Assembly (NCBI GenBank): GCA_024398535.1
Contig: JAKSIY010000001.1
Span: 805 to 64,804 of the forward strand
Source of the DNA: Bacteroidaceae bacterium
GTDB taxonomy: Bacteria > Bacteroidota > Bacteroidia > Bacteroidales > Bacteroidaceae
Reading direction: 5' to 3'
DNA: 64,000 nucleotides
Positions 54,472 through 64,000 of this stretch are shown one piece after another. A program made the translations under genes and the position numbers. The notes under the pieces were generated by a model, which had not been told where the DNA came from, ran no database searches, and saw nothing but the letters and a program-made list of their open reading frames with translations. Position 1 is the stretch's first letter. Each line of letters starts with the position of its first letter.

Positions 54472-55041
54472 TCAGTTGCAGCCGCCACAGCCACCGCAGC
54501 CACCTTCACCGCCGCAGTCTCCGCCTCCGCAGCCGCCACAGCCACCGCCGCAGCCCTTTGGATGTGTTATTGCATCGATCTCCTGCTCTGTTGCAGGACG
54601 TGACTCAATGATGTGGCCCTTGAAGATAAGGTCCTCGCCTGCAAGAGGGTGGTTCAGGTCAACTACAACCTTGTCCTCAAGAATCTGTGTTACCAGTGCG
54701 TTGAATGTGCTCTGGCCATCGCTCAGAGGAATTACGTAACCCTCCTTTACATGATCGGAATCAAACTTGCCGTCACGCATGAAAATCTCCTTCTGGAGCT
54801 CAAGGACGCTGTCGTTGTCATATTCTCCGTATGCCTGTGCGCATGGAATCTCAAAGTCAAACTTGTCTCCTGGCTTCAGGTTGATGACGTTCTCCTCAAA
54901 GAGGTCAAGTGTGTAGCCGATGCCTGAAATGAACTGGAAAGGCTTGTCCTCTGGAGCGTGCTCGTAGAGGCCTGGGTTGCCCTCCTGATCCTTGATATAA
55001 AGGTCGTATGAAAGGCTGATGAATTTCTTTTCTGATGCCAT
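54472..55041 (-). CDS. slyD: FKBP-type peptidyl-prolyl isomerase (SlyD-like) with a Cys/Gly-rich C-terminal tail
   Basis: Start at MASEKKF. FKBP and IF domains. Tail HPKGCGGGCGGCGGGDCGGEGGCGGCGGCN. Confidence 0.8.
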   Translation of the reverse strand: MASEKKFISLSYDLYIKDQEGNPGLYEHAPEDKPFQFISGIGYTLDLFEENVINLKPGDKFDFEIPCAQAYGEYDNDSVLELQKEIFMRDGKFDSDHVKEGYVIPLSDGQSTFNALVTQILEDKVVVDLNHPLAGEDLIFKGHIIESRPATEQEIDAITHPKGCGGGCGGCGGGDCGGEGGCGGCGGCN

Positions 55042-55121
55042 TGTATGATTGTTGTTTTTACGTTGCAAAAATAGTCTATAATTGTCTGCCGTACAAATGA
55101 CAGGGCTTCAAAATGCATCTG

Positions 55122-57857
55122 TCAGCGAATACCGGGCAGCGGCTCTGTCTGGCATGCATTAGGTACGCTGATGCCAAGAATGTCTGATATTGTCGGAGCT
55201 AGGAACGATATGTCTATAGGTTCGTGTGACACCTCATTCCTTACACCGGCTCCCCACAGATAGACCGGGAACGTGTTGGCGCTGGGCCTTACGTAGAGCG
55301 TGGTGCCGCACAGCTCGTCTGTCAGTGTCCATCCCGGATTGATCTCAAGCAGGATGTCTCCTGAACGTGTGCTGTTGAATCCGTTGCGTATCCTCTCTGA
55401 AGTCTTGTCTATGGTTCCGGTCATGAGGTCTCTCTGGGCAAGTACGTTCTTGACGCCTGTCACCTGTGTCAGGAAGTCTATGCAGTCCTCTGTTATCTGA
55501 TGCAGCGGAATGCGCTTGCTGTCCATGAGCTTCTGGTTCAGGAACAGGCTGTTGTTGTGGTATGTCTCTATCCACTGTCCCTGCTCGTACATGGCAGACA
55601 GGTACAGGTTCAGAAGTGCAGTGACTCTTTCCATGCTGACTGAGCCGGTCGGAATCCTTGATCCGGTCAGTTCCGGAACCTTAGCGCTCCTGCTGCCGGT
55701 AGTTGTCAGGAAAATCAGGACCGGGCCGTCCTTTGCGGCTTCTCTTGCTGCCTTGATTACCTGTGCGATGCCTTTGTCCAGCCTGACAATCAGGTCCTGG
55801 TATTCTGCCGTCTCAGGGTTGGGGTAGTCATTCCTGAATCCCGATGCCCGGTATGTTAGTGCCAGCAGGTCCGGGGCCTGGTCCTTGCCAAGCTGCATGC
55901 CCTTGATGGCAGCCAGGGCGGCACGTGTCACCATGTCATTGGCGGCAGGGCTGGTCTTGACTTCAAGAACCTCATTGCTGCGGAACTGATGGTGGAAGGC
56001 GCGGATGCTACTCCCAAGATATCTGTCCAGCTCAAGTGACGGCTTCCATGTGATCTGCTCCCTGTTCATGGTGTTCAGGCTGTCTGCCCAGTGTGGGAAT
56101 TTTTTTGAGTAGTACAGGCTTGAACTCCAGCGTGCATCCTCATCGTTCAGCCAGATTACGGCATCGGCCTCATGGCCTCCGGACAGCACGGCAGCATCGC
56201 GGTCAACCGCAATGGCACATATCTGTGACAGACCGTCCGAACTGATCTTCATCTCATCTGCCAGATTGGTAACCAGTAGCTTGGCTGGCGACGTATCCTC
56301 CATGGTGTTTATTCCCTTGAACTGGTGGTCCTCTGTGGCCGTGGTGATATTCCTGGTCTTGCGATCCATCCACTTGTCTGCCACGATTCCATGGTAGAAC
56401 GGAACGGTTCCGGTATAGACTGACGCTACTGCCGATGCCCTTTCAACTCCGTCAAACTGCTGCGATACCTGAGTCCTGACATACCCGTTGTCACGCAGCA
56501 TGACAATGCCCTGGTTTGAGAGCAGCGGAGATATGCGGTCCAGGCTTCTTGAATCCAGTCCGTCAATCATGATGCCAACGACCAGTTTAGGTTTCTGGGC
56601 ATCGGCAGTCAGTGGGATGGACAGCAGCATGGCTGGCAGGATTATTTTTGCAACAGACGCATTCTTGTTCCTGTAGTGTATTCTGTCCCTGTTTCTGACA
56701 GATAGGATTGCCGTGCTTAAGAATCTTATGGCCATGGCTGCAATGATGATCAGGGTGGCCCACTGGAACTGCTGCGGCATGGCCCATGAGAAGGCCAGGA
56801 ACAGTATCAGCAGCAGGGCATCGGCAATCAGACACCACTCAATGCGCTTGCGTTTTGCCTTGATGACTACCAGAGGCAGGCAGATGAGTGGGAGCGGATT
56901 GAATGGAATCACCAGCCAGTTGGAGCCTACTCCCGGATGTTCAGAGAAGAAGAACATGAAGCATATCAGCAGACCTGCTGCCCCCTGTAAGGTTAGCAGG
57001 ATGAAGTCTGTTATGTATAGCGAACGTCTTAGATACCAGTCAAATGCACTGATCAGAATTATTGCCAGCAGGAAGATGACCGATGCCTGGAGCGGATTGA
57101 GCAGCGGAGACTTGAATGCCACCGGATTTTGGGGTACTACAATTGCGCTCTGCTTCCGGACCAGCGGCTTGCTGCCTCCGTTTCCGTCAGATATGGACGC
57201 TTCAGAAAAGTGCTCCATCAGAATCTGGGGGCAGAATTCCAGAGTCCTGCCCTGGGTTTCCCCGTCAGCTTCAGAACCAATCAGCAGGTCTTCACCGAAA
57301 CTGCCCCAGGGCTGTACCATGTTGAACTGATGAAGCACGTCCCTGAGGGTATTTCCACTCGCTGCATCGCTGTAGGTAATTCCTCCTTCAATGGCCTTTT
57401 CAATGATGTCGCGGGCCATGGTAGAGCAGTTGTTGTAAAAGAAATTATAACGGTACGTGCGGTTCTCGGGCAGGTAGTTCTCAAGAAGCAGGCTGTGCAG
57501 TTTTCTGGCCTGTTCCTGAGTCAGTGCCAGCTCCTGTTCATATACGTAAGAGCCTCTTCTCGCGTATTCCCTGAGAAAGCCGTCTGCATACTGCGCCCCC
57601 AGCCAGTAGTCTGTCTGGCCCAGCAGGAATCTCCACACAAAGTGCGGCGATGAGAAATCAAACAGGCCGTAATTGAATATCAGGTCCTGACCGGTTGTAA
57701 GGTTCTGAACGCGTATTCCGCTGTGTCCGTAAACCTCATAGACCGATGCTCCCGGTGAACATGTCAGCAGGCTTATCCTGAGGCTGTCTTCCTGCGCGCC
57801 GGCAAATGATGCAGTCAACAGGGCAATGGACAACAGTATTTTTCTGATGCTTTTCAT
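55122..57857 (-). CDS. Fusion protein: DUF4105-like periplasmic domain, polytopic membrane region and an alkaline-phosphatase-superfamily domain
   Basis: Start at MKSIRKILLSIALLTASFAGAQ (57857). The ORF-track extension to 58499 overlaps coaX and is rejected. An internal signal-peptide-like segment KIILPAMLLSIPLTADAQ precedes the phosphatase-like domain. Confidence 0.7.
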   Translation of the reverse strand: MKSIRKILLSIALLTASFAGAQEDSLRISLLTCSPGASVYEVYGHSGIRVQNLTTGQDLIFNYGLFDFSSPHFVWRFLLGQTDYWLGAQYADGFLREYARRGSYVYEQELALTQEQARKLHSLLLENYLPENRTYRYNFFYNNCSTMARDIIEKAIEGGITYSDAASGNTLRDVLHQFNMVQPWGSFGEDLLIGSEADGETQGRTLEFCPQILMEHFSEASISDGNGGSKPLVRKQSAIVVPQNPVAFKSPLLNPLQASVIFLLAIILISAFDWYLRRSLYITDFILLTLQGAAGLLICFMFFFSEHPGVGSNWLVIPFNPLPLICLPLVVIKAKRKRIEWCLIADALLLILFLAFSWAMPQQFQWATLIIIAAMAIRFLSTAILSVRNRDRIHYRNKNASVAKIILPAMLLSIPLTADAQKPKLVVGIMIDGLDSRSLDRISPLLSNQGIVMLRDNGYVRTQVSQQFDGVERASAVASVYTGTVPFYHGIVADKWMDRKTRNITTATEDHQFKGINTMEDTSPAKLLVTNLADEMKISSDGLSQICAIAVDRDAAVLSGGHEADAVIWLNDEDARWSSSLYYSKKFPHWADSLNTMNREQITWKPSLELDRYLGSSIRAFHHQFRSNEVLEVKTSPAANDMVTRAALAAIKGMQLGKDQAPDLLALTYRASGFRNDYPNPETAEYQDLIVRLDKGIAQVIKAAREAAKDGPVLIFLTTTGSRSAKVPELTGSRIPTGSVSMERVTALLNLYLSAMYEQGQWIETYHNNSLFLNQKLMDSKRIPLHQITEDCIDFLTQVTGVKNVLAQRDLMTGTIDKTSERIRNGFNSTRSGDILLEINPGWTLTDELCGTTLYVRPSANTFPVYLWGAGVRNEVSHEPIDISFLAPTISDILGISVPNACQTEPLPGIR

Positions 57858-57968
57858 ATCTGGCGTTGTGCTTGTAACGTGCAAAAGTACAACTTTATCG
57901 GCTATGAAGGCAGTGCTGTTTGAAGAAAAAGCATTTCCTTTGTACTCTGATAGGGAAATGGCATTCAG

Positions 57969-58685
57969 ATGAGATTGGTCCTGGACATAGGCAACACCAG
58001 CGTGAAGGCGGCTCTGTTTGACAACGGAACTCCTGTTGAGGTGGTGCGCGATGCCGTAACGCATGACATCCTGCGCATGGCAGAACAGGCAGACAGCTGC
58101 GTGTATTGCTCTGTCAGACAGGATTCTGACCTCGTATCCCAACTTGTCGGAAATCTTCAGGTTCCAGTCATGAAGCTGACGCATGAAAGCTCGCTTCCAA
58201 TCAGAATCGGATACAGTACTCCCCATACCCTTGGAATGGACCGGCTTGCTGCTGCAGTGGGAGCCTGGTTCATGCATCCGTCCCGGAATCTGCTGGTGAT
58301 AGATGCCGGAACTGCCATGACGGTCGATTTCGTGTCCAGTGACGGAGTTTTTGTGGGTGGCAACATCTCGGCCGGAGCCTCCCTGAGGATACGTGCCCTT
58401 CATGAGCACACCGGACGGTTGCCGCAGGTTCCGCTGCAGGGCAGTACGCCCCTTTTCGGAACCGATACGGAGACCGCAATCAGAAGCGGTGTAATACAAG
58501 GTATGGTCAATGAAATAGATGGCTATATTGACCGGTTACGTGAAAGATATCCCTCTCTTTTGATTTTTTTAACCGGTGGAGATTCCCAACTCTTTGAAAA
58601 CAGAATAAAAAGTAGCAACTTTGCAGAACCAAATCTGGTACTTCTGGGTTTGGACAGAATATTTGACTATGACAAGACTGAATAG
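57969..58685 (+). CDS. coaX: Type III pantothenate kinase
   Basis: 238 aa. LVLDIGNTSVK and the ASKHA-fold motifs GTA / GGN of CoaX. Confidence 0.9.
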   Translation: MRLVLDIGNTSVKAALFDNGTPVEVVRDAVTHDILRMAEQADSCVYCSVRQDSDLVSQLVGNLQVPVMKLTHESSLPIRIGYSTPHTLGMDRLAAAVGAWFMHPSRNLLVIDAGTAMTVDFVSSDGVFVGGNISAGASLRIRALHEHTGRLPQVPLQGSTPLFGTDTETAIRSGVIQGMVNEIDGYIDRLRERYPSLLIFLTGGDSQLFENRIKSSNFAEPNLVLLGLDRIFDYDKTE

Positions 58686-59940
58686 AATACTTGCAGTGGC
58701 ATTGTTTTCGGCATCTGTCCTGGGTAGCTCCGTGTGTGCCCAGAATGGTGTCAATTCGCCATATTCAAGGTATGGTCTTGGTTCTCTGGGAGAGCTTTCT
58801 GCGGGCGTCAACCGTGCCATGGGAAGCACGGGCATCGGCCTTCGTGAAAGAAATACCATCAACACCCTGAATCCGGCAGCCTATTCTTCTGTTGACACGC
58901 TGACATTCCTCATGGACTTTGGCTTCTCTGCACAGAACGGAAACTTCCAGGAAAACGGCGTCAGACTGAATGCCCGGAATACCAGCCTTGACTACTTTGC
59001 GCTGCAGTTCAGGGTTGCCAGGACAGTAGGATGTACCTTCAGCCTGCTGCCATATTCAACTGTCGGTTATGCCTTCTCAAATTCAAAGGTCATCCGCAAT
59101 GATGAGGACGGTGAGGTGGTGACCACAAATACCTTCTTCGGTGACGGAGGTCTCAGGCAGTTTACGCTGGGCTTTGGCTGGAGGGCTCTCAAGCAGCTTT
59201 CAGCCGGTGTGAACCTGAGCTATCTGTACGGTGACATCAGCCATCAGATTGACAATACCTACAGCGAGTCTTCAATGTATTCCAGACAGAAGATTTATAC
59301 TGCTTCCATGAGGGCAATCAAGACTGACTTCGGAGTGCAGTCAACCTTCAACATCAAGGGTGACCAGATGACGATTGGTGCCGTGTTCCAGCCGGCAATG
59401 AACCTCAATGCAGACTATCAGGAAATAAGCAACACCCTGAACGGTTCCACCCTGCTGGTTGCTGATACTGCTGTAATAGACAATGCTTTCCGTCTTCCTC
59501 TTGGAGTGGGTGCGGGAATCTCCTATACACATGACCGTCTGACCCTTGCCCTGGATGCAAGATACCAGCAGTGGAGTGACGGTCTGGCCTTCAATAGGGC
59601 CGGGTCTGACTGCATGAGAATCTCCGGCGGAATGATTTTTCAGCCCGACAGGACTAACAAAAATATTTTCAAACGTTCTATATATAGAGCAGGCCTTAGT
59701 TGGCAGCAGCCGTACTTCAATGTCGGCAATGCTACGGCCGGTCCTACTGAATATGGTGTATCAGCAGGTTTGTCCCTGCCAATCATAAACAGATGGAATG
59801 GCCTGTCAAACGTAAATATCGCTGGACAGTATGTTCATGTTAGACCGGCAGTTTCCGGTCTGGTTACAGAGAATTACCTGAAACTGAGCGTGAGCATATC
59901 TTTCAACGAAATCTGGTTCCAGAAGATCCAGGTTCAGTAA
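58669..59940 (+). CDS. Outer-membrane beta-barrel protein (porin/FadL-like), function unknown
   Basis: Start at MTRLNRILAVALFSASVLGSSVCAQ. NSPYSRYGLG N-terminal motif and alternating beta-strand pattern. Confidence 0.6.
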   Translation: MTRLNRILAVALFSASVLGSSVCAQNGVNSPYSRYGLGSLGELSAGVNRAMGSTGIGLRERNTINTLNPAAYSSVDTLTFLMDFGFSAQNGNFQENGVRLNARNTSLDYFALQFRVARTVGCTFSLLPYSTVGYAFSNSKVIRNDEDGEVVTTNTFFGDGGLRQFTLGFGWRALKQLSAGVNLSYLYGDISHQIDNTYSESSMYSRQKIYTASMRAIKTDFGVQSTFNIKGDQMTIGAVFQPAMNLNADYQEISNTLNGSTLLVADTAVIDNAFRLPLGVGAGISYTHDRLTLALDARYQQWSDGLAFNRAGSDCMRISGGMIFQPDRTNKNIFKRSIYRAGLSWQQPYFNVGNATAGPTEYGVSAGLSLPIINRWNGLSNVNIAGQYVHVRPAVSGLVTENYLKLSVSISFNEIWFQKIQVQ

Positions 59941-59977
59941 ATTGAGGAGAATAAATATAACAAGGAATAACCAATAA

Positions 59978-61348
59978 ATGAATATGAAAATGAGAAGCAA
60001 TCTTTTACTTCTGTCGCTTCTGGTTTCTGCCGGAGCATTTGCTCAGAAAGGTATTGAGGACGGATCACGTTATGGTCATGGTCAGGACTCAATCAAGTGC
60101 ATCGAGAACATAAGCATTTATACTGAGCACGTTAAGACCAATGACTTTGCAGAGGCCTATCCTTTCTGGAAAGAGGTGTTCAACGATGCCCCTCTGGCCC
60201 AGGCTGCAACTTATACCAATGGTGCAAAGATCCTGCGTGACCTTATCACCAAGGAGACCGATGCAGACAAGAAGGCTGCCTACACCGATGAGCTGCTGCA
60301 GGTTTATGAGCAGCGTCTCAAGTATCTTGATGAACTGAACAGGGTTTACAACACAAACGTGACCGTTGCTGAGGTCAAGGGTCTTCAGGCTCATGACTAC
60401 ATCACCTACAACTCAAAGGTAAACATTGACAAGGCATATTCTTACCTGCGTGAGGCTGTGACCCTTGGTGCTGAGAATACAACATACTATGTACTCGGTG
60501 ACCTGATGAAGATTTCAAATGCAAAGTACAAGAAGGACAAGGATGCGCATCGTGAGGGAATCCTTCAGGACTACCTTGACTGCTCTACATACATCAATGC
60601 TGTAATTGCAAAGCAGACCAATGACCAGCTTCTTGCTGCTGCCCGCAATACCAAGGACAACATTGATGCATACTTCGTAAACAGTGGTGCTGCTGACTGC
60701 GAGAGTCTCCAGGCAATCTACGCTCCAAAGGTAGAGGAGAACAAGGGTGACCTTGAGTACCTTACAAAGGTCGTAAAGGTTATGGATATGCTCAAGTGTA
60801 CTAATTCAGATGCATATTTCGCAGCAGCTGAGTATGCTTACAAGATCTCTCCATCAAGTGAGACTGCCAAGAGCCTTGGTCTCATGTACGCCAACAAGCG
60901 TCAGGAGTATGAGAAGGCTATGGAGTACCTTGATCAGGCAATTGAGCTTGAGTCTGACGACGCCAAGAAGGCCAGTCTCTACTATGCTGCCGGTGCTATC
61001 ATGTTCGCTTCAATGAAGCAGGCTGCAAAGGCCAAGCCATACATCCAGAAGGCTATCTCTCTGAATCCTAACGACGGTAACTCATACATCCTTCTTGCAC
61101 AGATGTATGCAAGCAACATCCGCTGGTGTGACGATGCTCCTCTGAACCAGTGCACATACTTTGTAGTACTTGACAAGCTGCAGAGAGCAAAGAGCGTTGA
61201 CCCAAGCGTAGCAGACAAGGCAAATGAGCTCATCAGAACATATTCTGCACATACTCCAAAGGCAGAGGATCTCTTTATGTACCGCTACAAGAAGGGTGAC
61301 ACAATTGAGATCAAGGGTTGGATCAATGAAACAACCACTATCCGTTGA
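59978..61348 (+). CDS. Tetratricopeptide-repeat protein (secreted)
   Basis: 456 aa, signal peptide, several TPR-like helices (AMEYLDQAIELESDDAKKA..., AKPYIQKAISLNPNDGNSY). Confidence 0.7.
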   Translation: MNMKMRSNLLLLSLLVSAGAFAQKGIEDGSRYGHGQDSIKCIENISIYTEHVKTNDFAEAYPFWKEVFNDAPLAQAATYTNGAKILRDLITKETDADKKAAYTDELLQVYEQRLKYLDELNRVYNTNVTVAEVKGLQAHDYITYNSKVNIDKAYSYLREAVTLGAENTTYYVLGDLMKISNAKYKKDKDAHREGILQDYLDCSTYINAVIAKQTNDQLLAAARNTKDNIDAYFVNSGAADCESLQAIYAPKVEENKGDLEYLTKVVKVMDMLKCTNSDAYFAAAEYAYKISPSSETAKSLGLMYANKRQEYEKAMEYLDQAIELESDDAKKASLYYAAGAIMFASMKQAAKAKPYIQKAISLNPNDGNSYILLAQMYASNIRWCDDAPLNQCTYFVVLDKLQRAKSVDPSVADKANELIRTYSAHTPKAEDLFMYRYKKGDTIEIKGWINETTTIR

Positions 61349-61925
61349 TAAAAAAGTGCTGAACAGGCATGATCTTAATATGGGCATGGCAGCCGCTCTT
61401 CTGGCGGTGGCCATGCCTGTTCTCTTTTCTGCCTGCTCGGGCAGGAACAAGCAGCTGGGCGAGGCTGTCACCAACCGTGACTCAACTGCAATCATGACAA
61501 CCAGAGGTATCTCTTCACTCATCTCAGAAAACGGCCAGGTCAAGTATCAGATTATTGCCGAGGAGTGGAAGATGTTTGATCAGGCAAAACCTCCATATCA
61601 GGCATTTGAAAAGGGCGCCTACCTTGAGGTGTATGATTCGGCAATGGCAGTGACGTCGTCTGTTGTTGCTGATACTGCGTATTTCTATGAGAACTCCAAG
61701 ATATGGGAACTTAGGGGAAACGTCCATGCCGACAATGTTGACAAGGAACAGTTTGATACCCCTCTTCTGTTCTGGGACCAACGCAAGGAACTGGTCTATT
61801 CCGACAGCCTGATTGTAATCAGACAGGAAAAACAGGTCATAAAAGGCCGTGGCTTTGAGTCGAATCAGGATTTCACACGCTACACAATCCGCAAGACAGA
61901 AGGTATCTTCCCTGTTGAAGAGTAG
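61326..61925 (+). CDS. lptC: LptC-like LPS export periplasmic protein
   Basis: Start at MKQPLSV, or a downstream Met. N-terminal anchor with Cys. Size and context (upstream of ppiD, downstream of the TPR gene) are typical of Bacteroidetes LptC. Confidence 0.55.
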   Translation: MKQPLSVDKKVLNRHDLNMGMAAALLAVAMPVLFSACSGRNKQLGEAVTNRDSTAIMTTRGISSLISENGQVKYQIIAEEWKMFDQAKPPYQAFEKGAYLEVYDSAMAVTSSVVADTAYFYENSKIWELRGNVHADNVDKEQFDTPLLFWDQRKELVYSDSLIVIRQEKQVIKGRGFESNQDFTRYTIRKTEGIFPVEE

Positions 61926-62052
61926 AACATGCGTGCGCCCGTTATATAAAATAAAGGGCCTGTTTGTTTTTTAGGTAACTTATTTTTAGTATTTTTGTGC
62001 GCTCTTGCTCTAAAGGGCGCATTTTTGATTTTAAAAATAACAAAACATAAAA

Positions 62053-64000
62053 ATGGCAACATTACAGAAAATCAGAAACAGAGGTCCTCTGTTGATTATC
62101 GTGATCGGTTTGGCTCTGCTGGCTTTCATCGCCGGTGATGCCTGGAAGATTCTCCGTCCTAACCAGGGTATGGTCATGGTCGGTGAGATTAATGGCAAGT
62201 CAGTCAGCGCTATGGACTTTCAGGATGAGGTTGAGAAGTATGCTGAGGTTGTAAAGTTCTCAATGGGTGTCAACAACCTTTCTGACGAGCAGTACACAGC
62301 TGTCAAGGATGAGGTTTGGAACACAATGGTTCGCAAGAGCCTTTTTGAGAAGGAGTGCTCGGCAATCGGTCTCAGAGTTACAGATGCAGAAGTTCAGGCT
62401 GTCATTGAATCTGGCCAGAGCGCAGTTCTTTCACAGACTCCATTCACCAATGCAAACGGTGAGTTTGACGTTGACTACCTGACGAGCTTCCTTGTAAGCT
62501 ACAACTCAATGGAGCGCGATGCAATGCCTGCTGAGTACATGGAGTACTATGACAACATGTACAACTTCTGGCTTTACATTGAGGACAACATCAAGACTTC
62601 ACTTCTCTACTCAAAGTATCTTTCACTGGTTCAGGGTTCAGTTGTAACAAACCCTGTTTCCCTGAAGAACTCTTATGAGAACAGAATCAGAAGATCAGAC
62701 ATCCTTCTTGCTGCAATCCCTTACACAGCACTTGCAGATACACTCGTAAGCGTATCTTCTGCAGATGTAAAGAAGATGTACAATGAGAAGAAGGAGCTCT
62801 TCAACCAGCTTGCAGAGAGCCGTGACATCAACTACATTGATGTTGAGATTCTGCCAAGCCAGGCAGACCGTGATGAGGTTCTCTCTGAGGTTTCTGCTTC
62901 TGCTGAGCAGCTGGCTGAGACTACTGAGGATCTGGCAGCATTCATCCGTCTTGCTGAGTCTTCAGTTCTCTTCAGTGAGGTTCCAACTACCAGAGAGGCT
63001 CTTCCACTTGATGTGGCAGTAAGACTTGACTCTGTTGCAGTAGGTGAGGTATTCGGTCCTTACTACAATGCATCAGATGACTCATACAATGCATTCAAGA
63101 TTCTTTCAACAGTCAGCGCTTATGACTCAATCTGCTTCCATCGCATGCAGGTAGTTGCAGAGGACGAGGCTGCTACAGCTCAGCTTGCAGACAGCATCTT
63201 CAAGGCAATCAAGGCAGGTGCAGACTTTGAGGAGATTGCCCAGAAGTATTCACAGAGCGGAGCTGAGGAGTGGATTTCTTCAGTAATGTATGAGGGTGGT
63301 GCTTATAGCGGCAACGATGCTCTCTACCTGAATACTCTGATGGGTATGAAGAAGGGTGATGTAGTAAACCTTGCGCTTGACGGTGCAACCCTGATCATGA
63401 AAGTTACTGATGTAAAGAAGCCTGTAACCAAGTACAATACAGCAATCATCAAGAGAGAGGTTCTTTTCAGCAATGAGACAAGCAATGTTGCTTATGACAA
63501 ACTCAGCCAGTTTGTTGCAGGCAATACCACAATTCAGGATCTGAAGAACAATGCAGAGGAGAACGGTTACCGTGTATATACCATCAATGACTTCCAGAGC
63601 AACAGCTACAATGTAGCAGATGTAGCCAAGTCACACGAGGCTCTGCGCTGGCTGTTTGAGGCAAAGGAGGGTGAGGTTTCAAGAATCTATGAGGTAGGTG
63701 AGAACAATGATCATCTGCTTGTAGTTGCTCTCAACAAGATTCACAAGAAGGGCTACCGTCCAGTTGAGGATATGCAGGCACAGCTCATGCCACAGCTTAT
63801 CAACGACAAGAAGGCTGAGATTCTGACCAAGAGAATGGCTTCTGCTTCTTCTATCCAGGAGCTTCGCTCAGTTGAGGGTGTACAGGTTGACACAGTTAAG
63901 TTCGTTAACTTTACAACTCCAGCATTTGTATCCATGACTTACTCTAACGAGCCTCTTATCGGTGCTGCAGTATATCATCTTGACCGTGAGCATCTGAGTG
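62053..64000 (+). CDS. ppiD: Peptidyl-prolyl isomerase PpiD/SurA-like periplasmic chaperone (3' end outside the window)
   Basis: My own translation from the ATG at 62053 gives MATLQKIRNRGPLLIIVIGLALLAFIAGDAWKIL..., the canonical PpiD N-terminus. The frame is open to the window end. It is absent from the ORF track because no stop is present. Confidence 0.8.
   Translation, partial: MATLQKIRNRGPLLIIVIGLALLAFIAGDAWKILRPNQGMVMVGEINGKSVSAMDFQDEVEKYAEVVKFSMGVNNLSDEQYTAVKDEVWNTMVRKSLFEKECSAIGLRVTDAEVQAVIESGQSAVLSQTPFTNANGEFDVDYLTSFLVSYNSMERDAMPAEYMEYYDNMYNFWLYIEDNIKTSLLYSKYLSLVQGSVVTNPVSLKNSYENRIRRSDILLAAIPYTALADTLVSVSSADVKKMYNEKKELFNQLAESRDINYIDVEILPSQADRDEVLSEVSASAEQLAETTEDLAAFIRLAESSVLFSEVPTTREALPLDVAVRLDSVAVGEVFGPYYNASDDSYNAFKILSTVSAYDSICFHRMQVVAEDEAATAQLADSIFKAIKAGADFEEIAQKYSQSGAEEWISSVMYEGGAYSGNDALYLNTLMGMKKGDVVNLALDGATLIMKVTDVKKPVTKYNTAIIKREVLFSNETSNVAYDKLSQFVAGNTTIQDLKNNAEENGYRVYTINDFQSNSYNVADVAKSHEALRWLFEAKEGEVSRIYEVGENNDHLLVVALNKIHKKGYRPVEDMQAQLMPQLINDKKAEILTKRMASASSIQELRSVEGVQVDTVKFVNFTTPAFVSMTYSNEPLIGAAVYHLDREHLS

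Noticed and set aside
57858-58499. N-terminal 214-aa extension of the 1125-aa ORF in the track.
   Set aside because: It overlaps coaX on the opposite strand and lacks protein-like features. A canonical signal peptide begins at the Met at 57857.
61926-61975. Terminator after lptC (gccc...gggc followed by a T-rich run).
   Set aside because: The stem is only 4 bp with a 15-nt loop, which is too weak to call.

Overview
This is a chromosomal segment of about 50% GC, and its gene content looks like Bacteroidales (Bacteroidota). Supporting signs are a MurF-Alr fusion, an LptD-like/LptC/PpiD envelope cluster, TAnnTTTG-type promoter boxes, lipoprotein signal peptides and GH130/GH94/GH2 glycan genes. 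About 55 CDS and one tRNA-Arg(CCG) can be supported. Most of the window is housekeeping: deoD, ridA, an acyl-CoA dehydrogenase with etfBA, trkHA, dxs, murF-alr, folB, dnaA, asnA, ung, lysS, gpsA, pgi, aroC, slyD and coaX. There is also a phosphorolytic beta-mannoside/cellobiose operon.

Three accessory areas stand out.
1. A two-gene ABC-ATPase + DUF4435/Toprim cassette (PARIS-like defence candidate) at 9.2-11.1 kb, wedged between the etf and trk operons.
2. A 3.6-kb islet between ung and tRNA-Arg (43.5-47.1 kb). It carries a PqqD-like peptide-binding protein, a Ser/His-type S24/S26 peptidase and an HprK-like P-loop kinase. This is a RiPP-like cassette with no visible precursor gene. It is split by a RelB/DinJ-PIN toxin-antitoxin pair and has an AT-rich pseudogene and a tRNA-end duplication nearby.
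3. A family of mosaic repeat elements. Each has a GGGGACAGGTC terminal module plus 102-bp tandem repeats. Two inverted copies lie 39.4 kb apart (3.7-4.1 kb and 43.56-43.81 kb), with solo and palindromic modules inside the islet.

A 1.5-kb ORF-free, repeat-dense stretch (2.64-4.13 kb) is also unexplained. All functional calls come from reading the translated ORFs for motifs. No database search was run.
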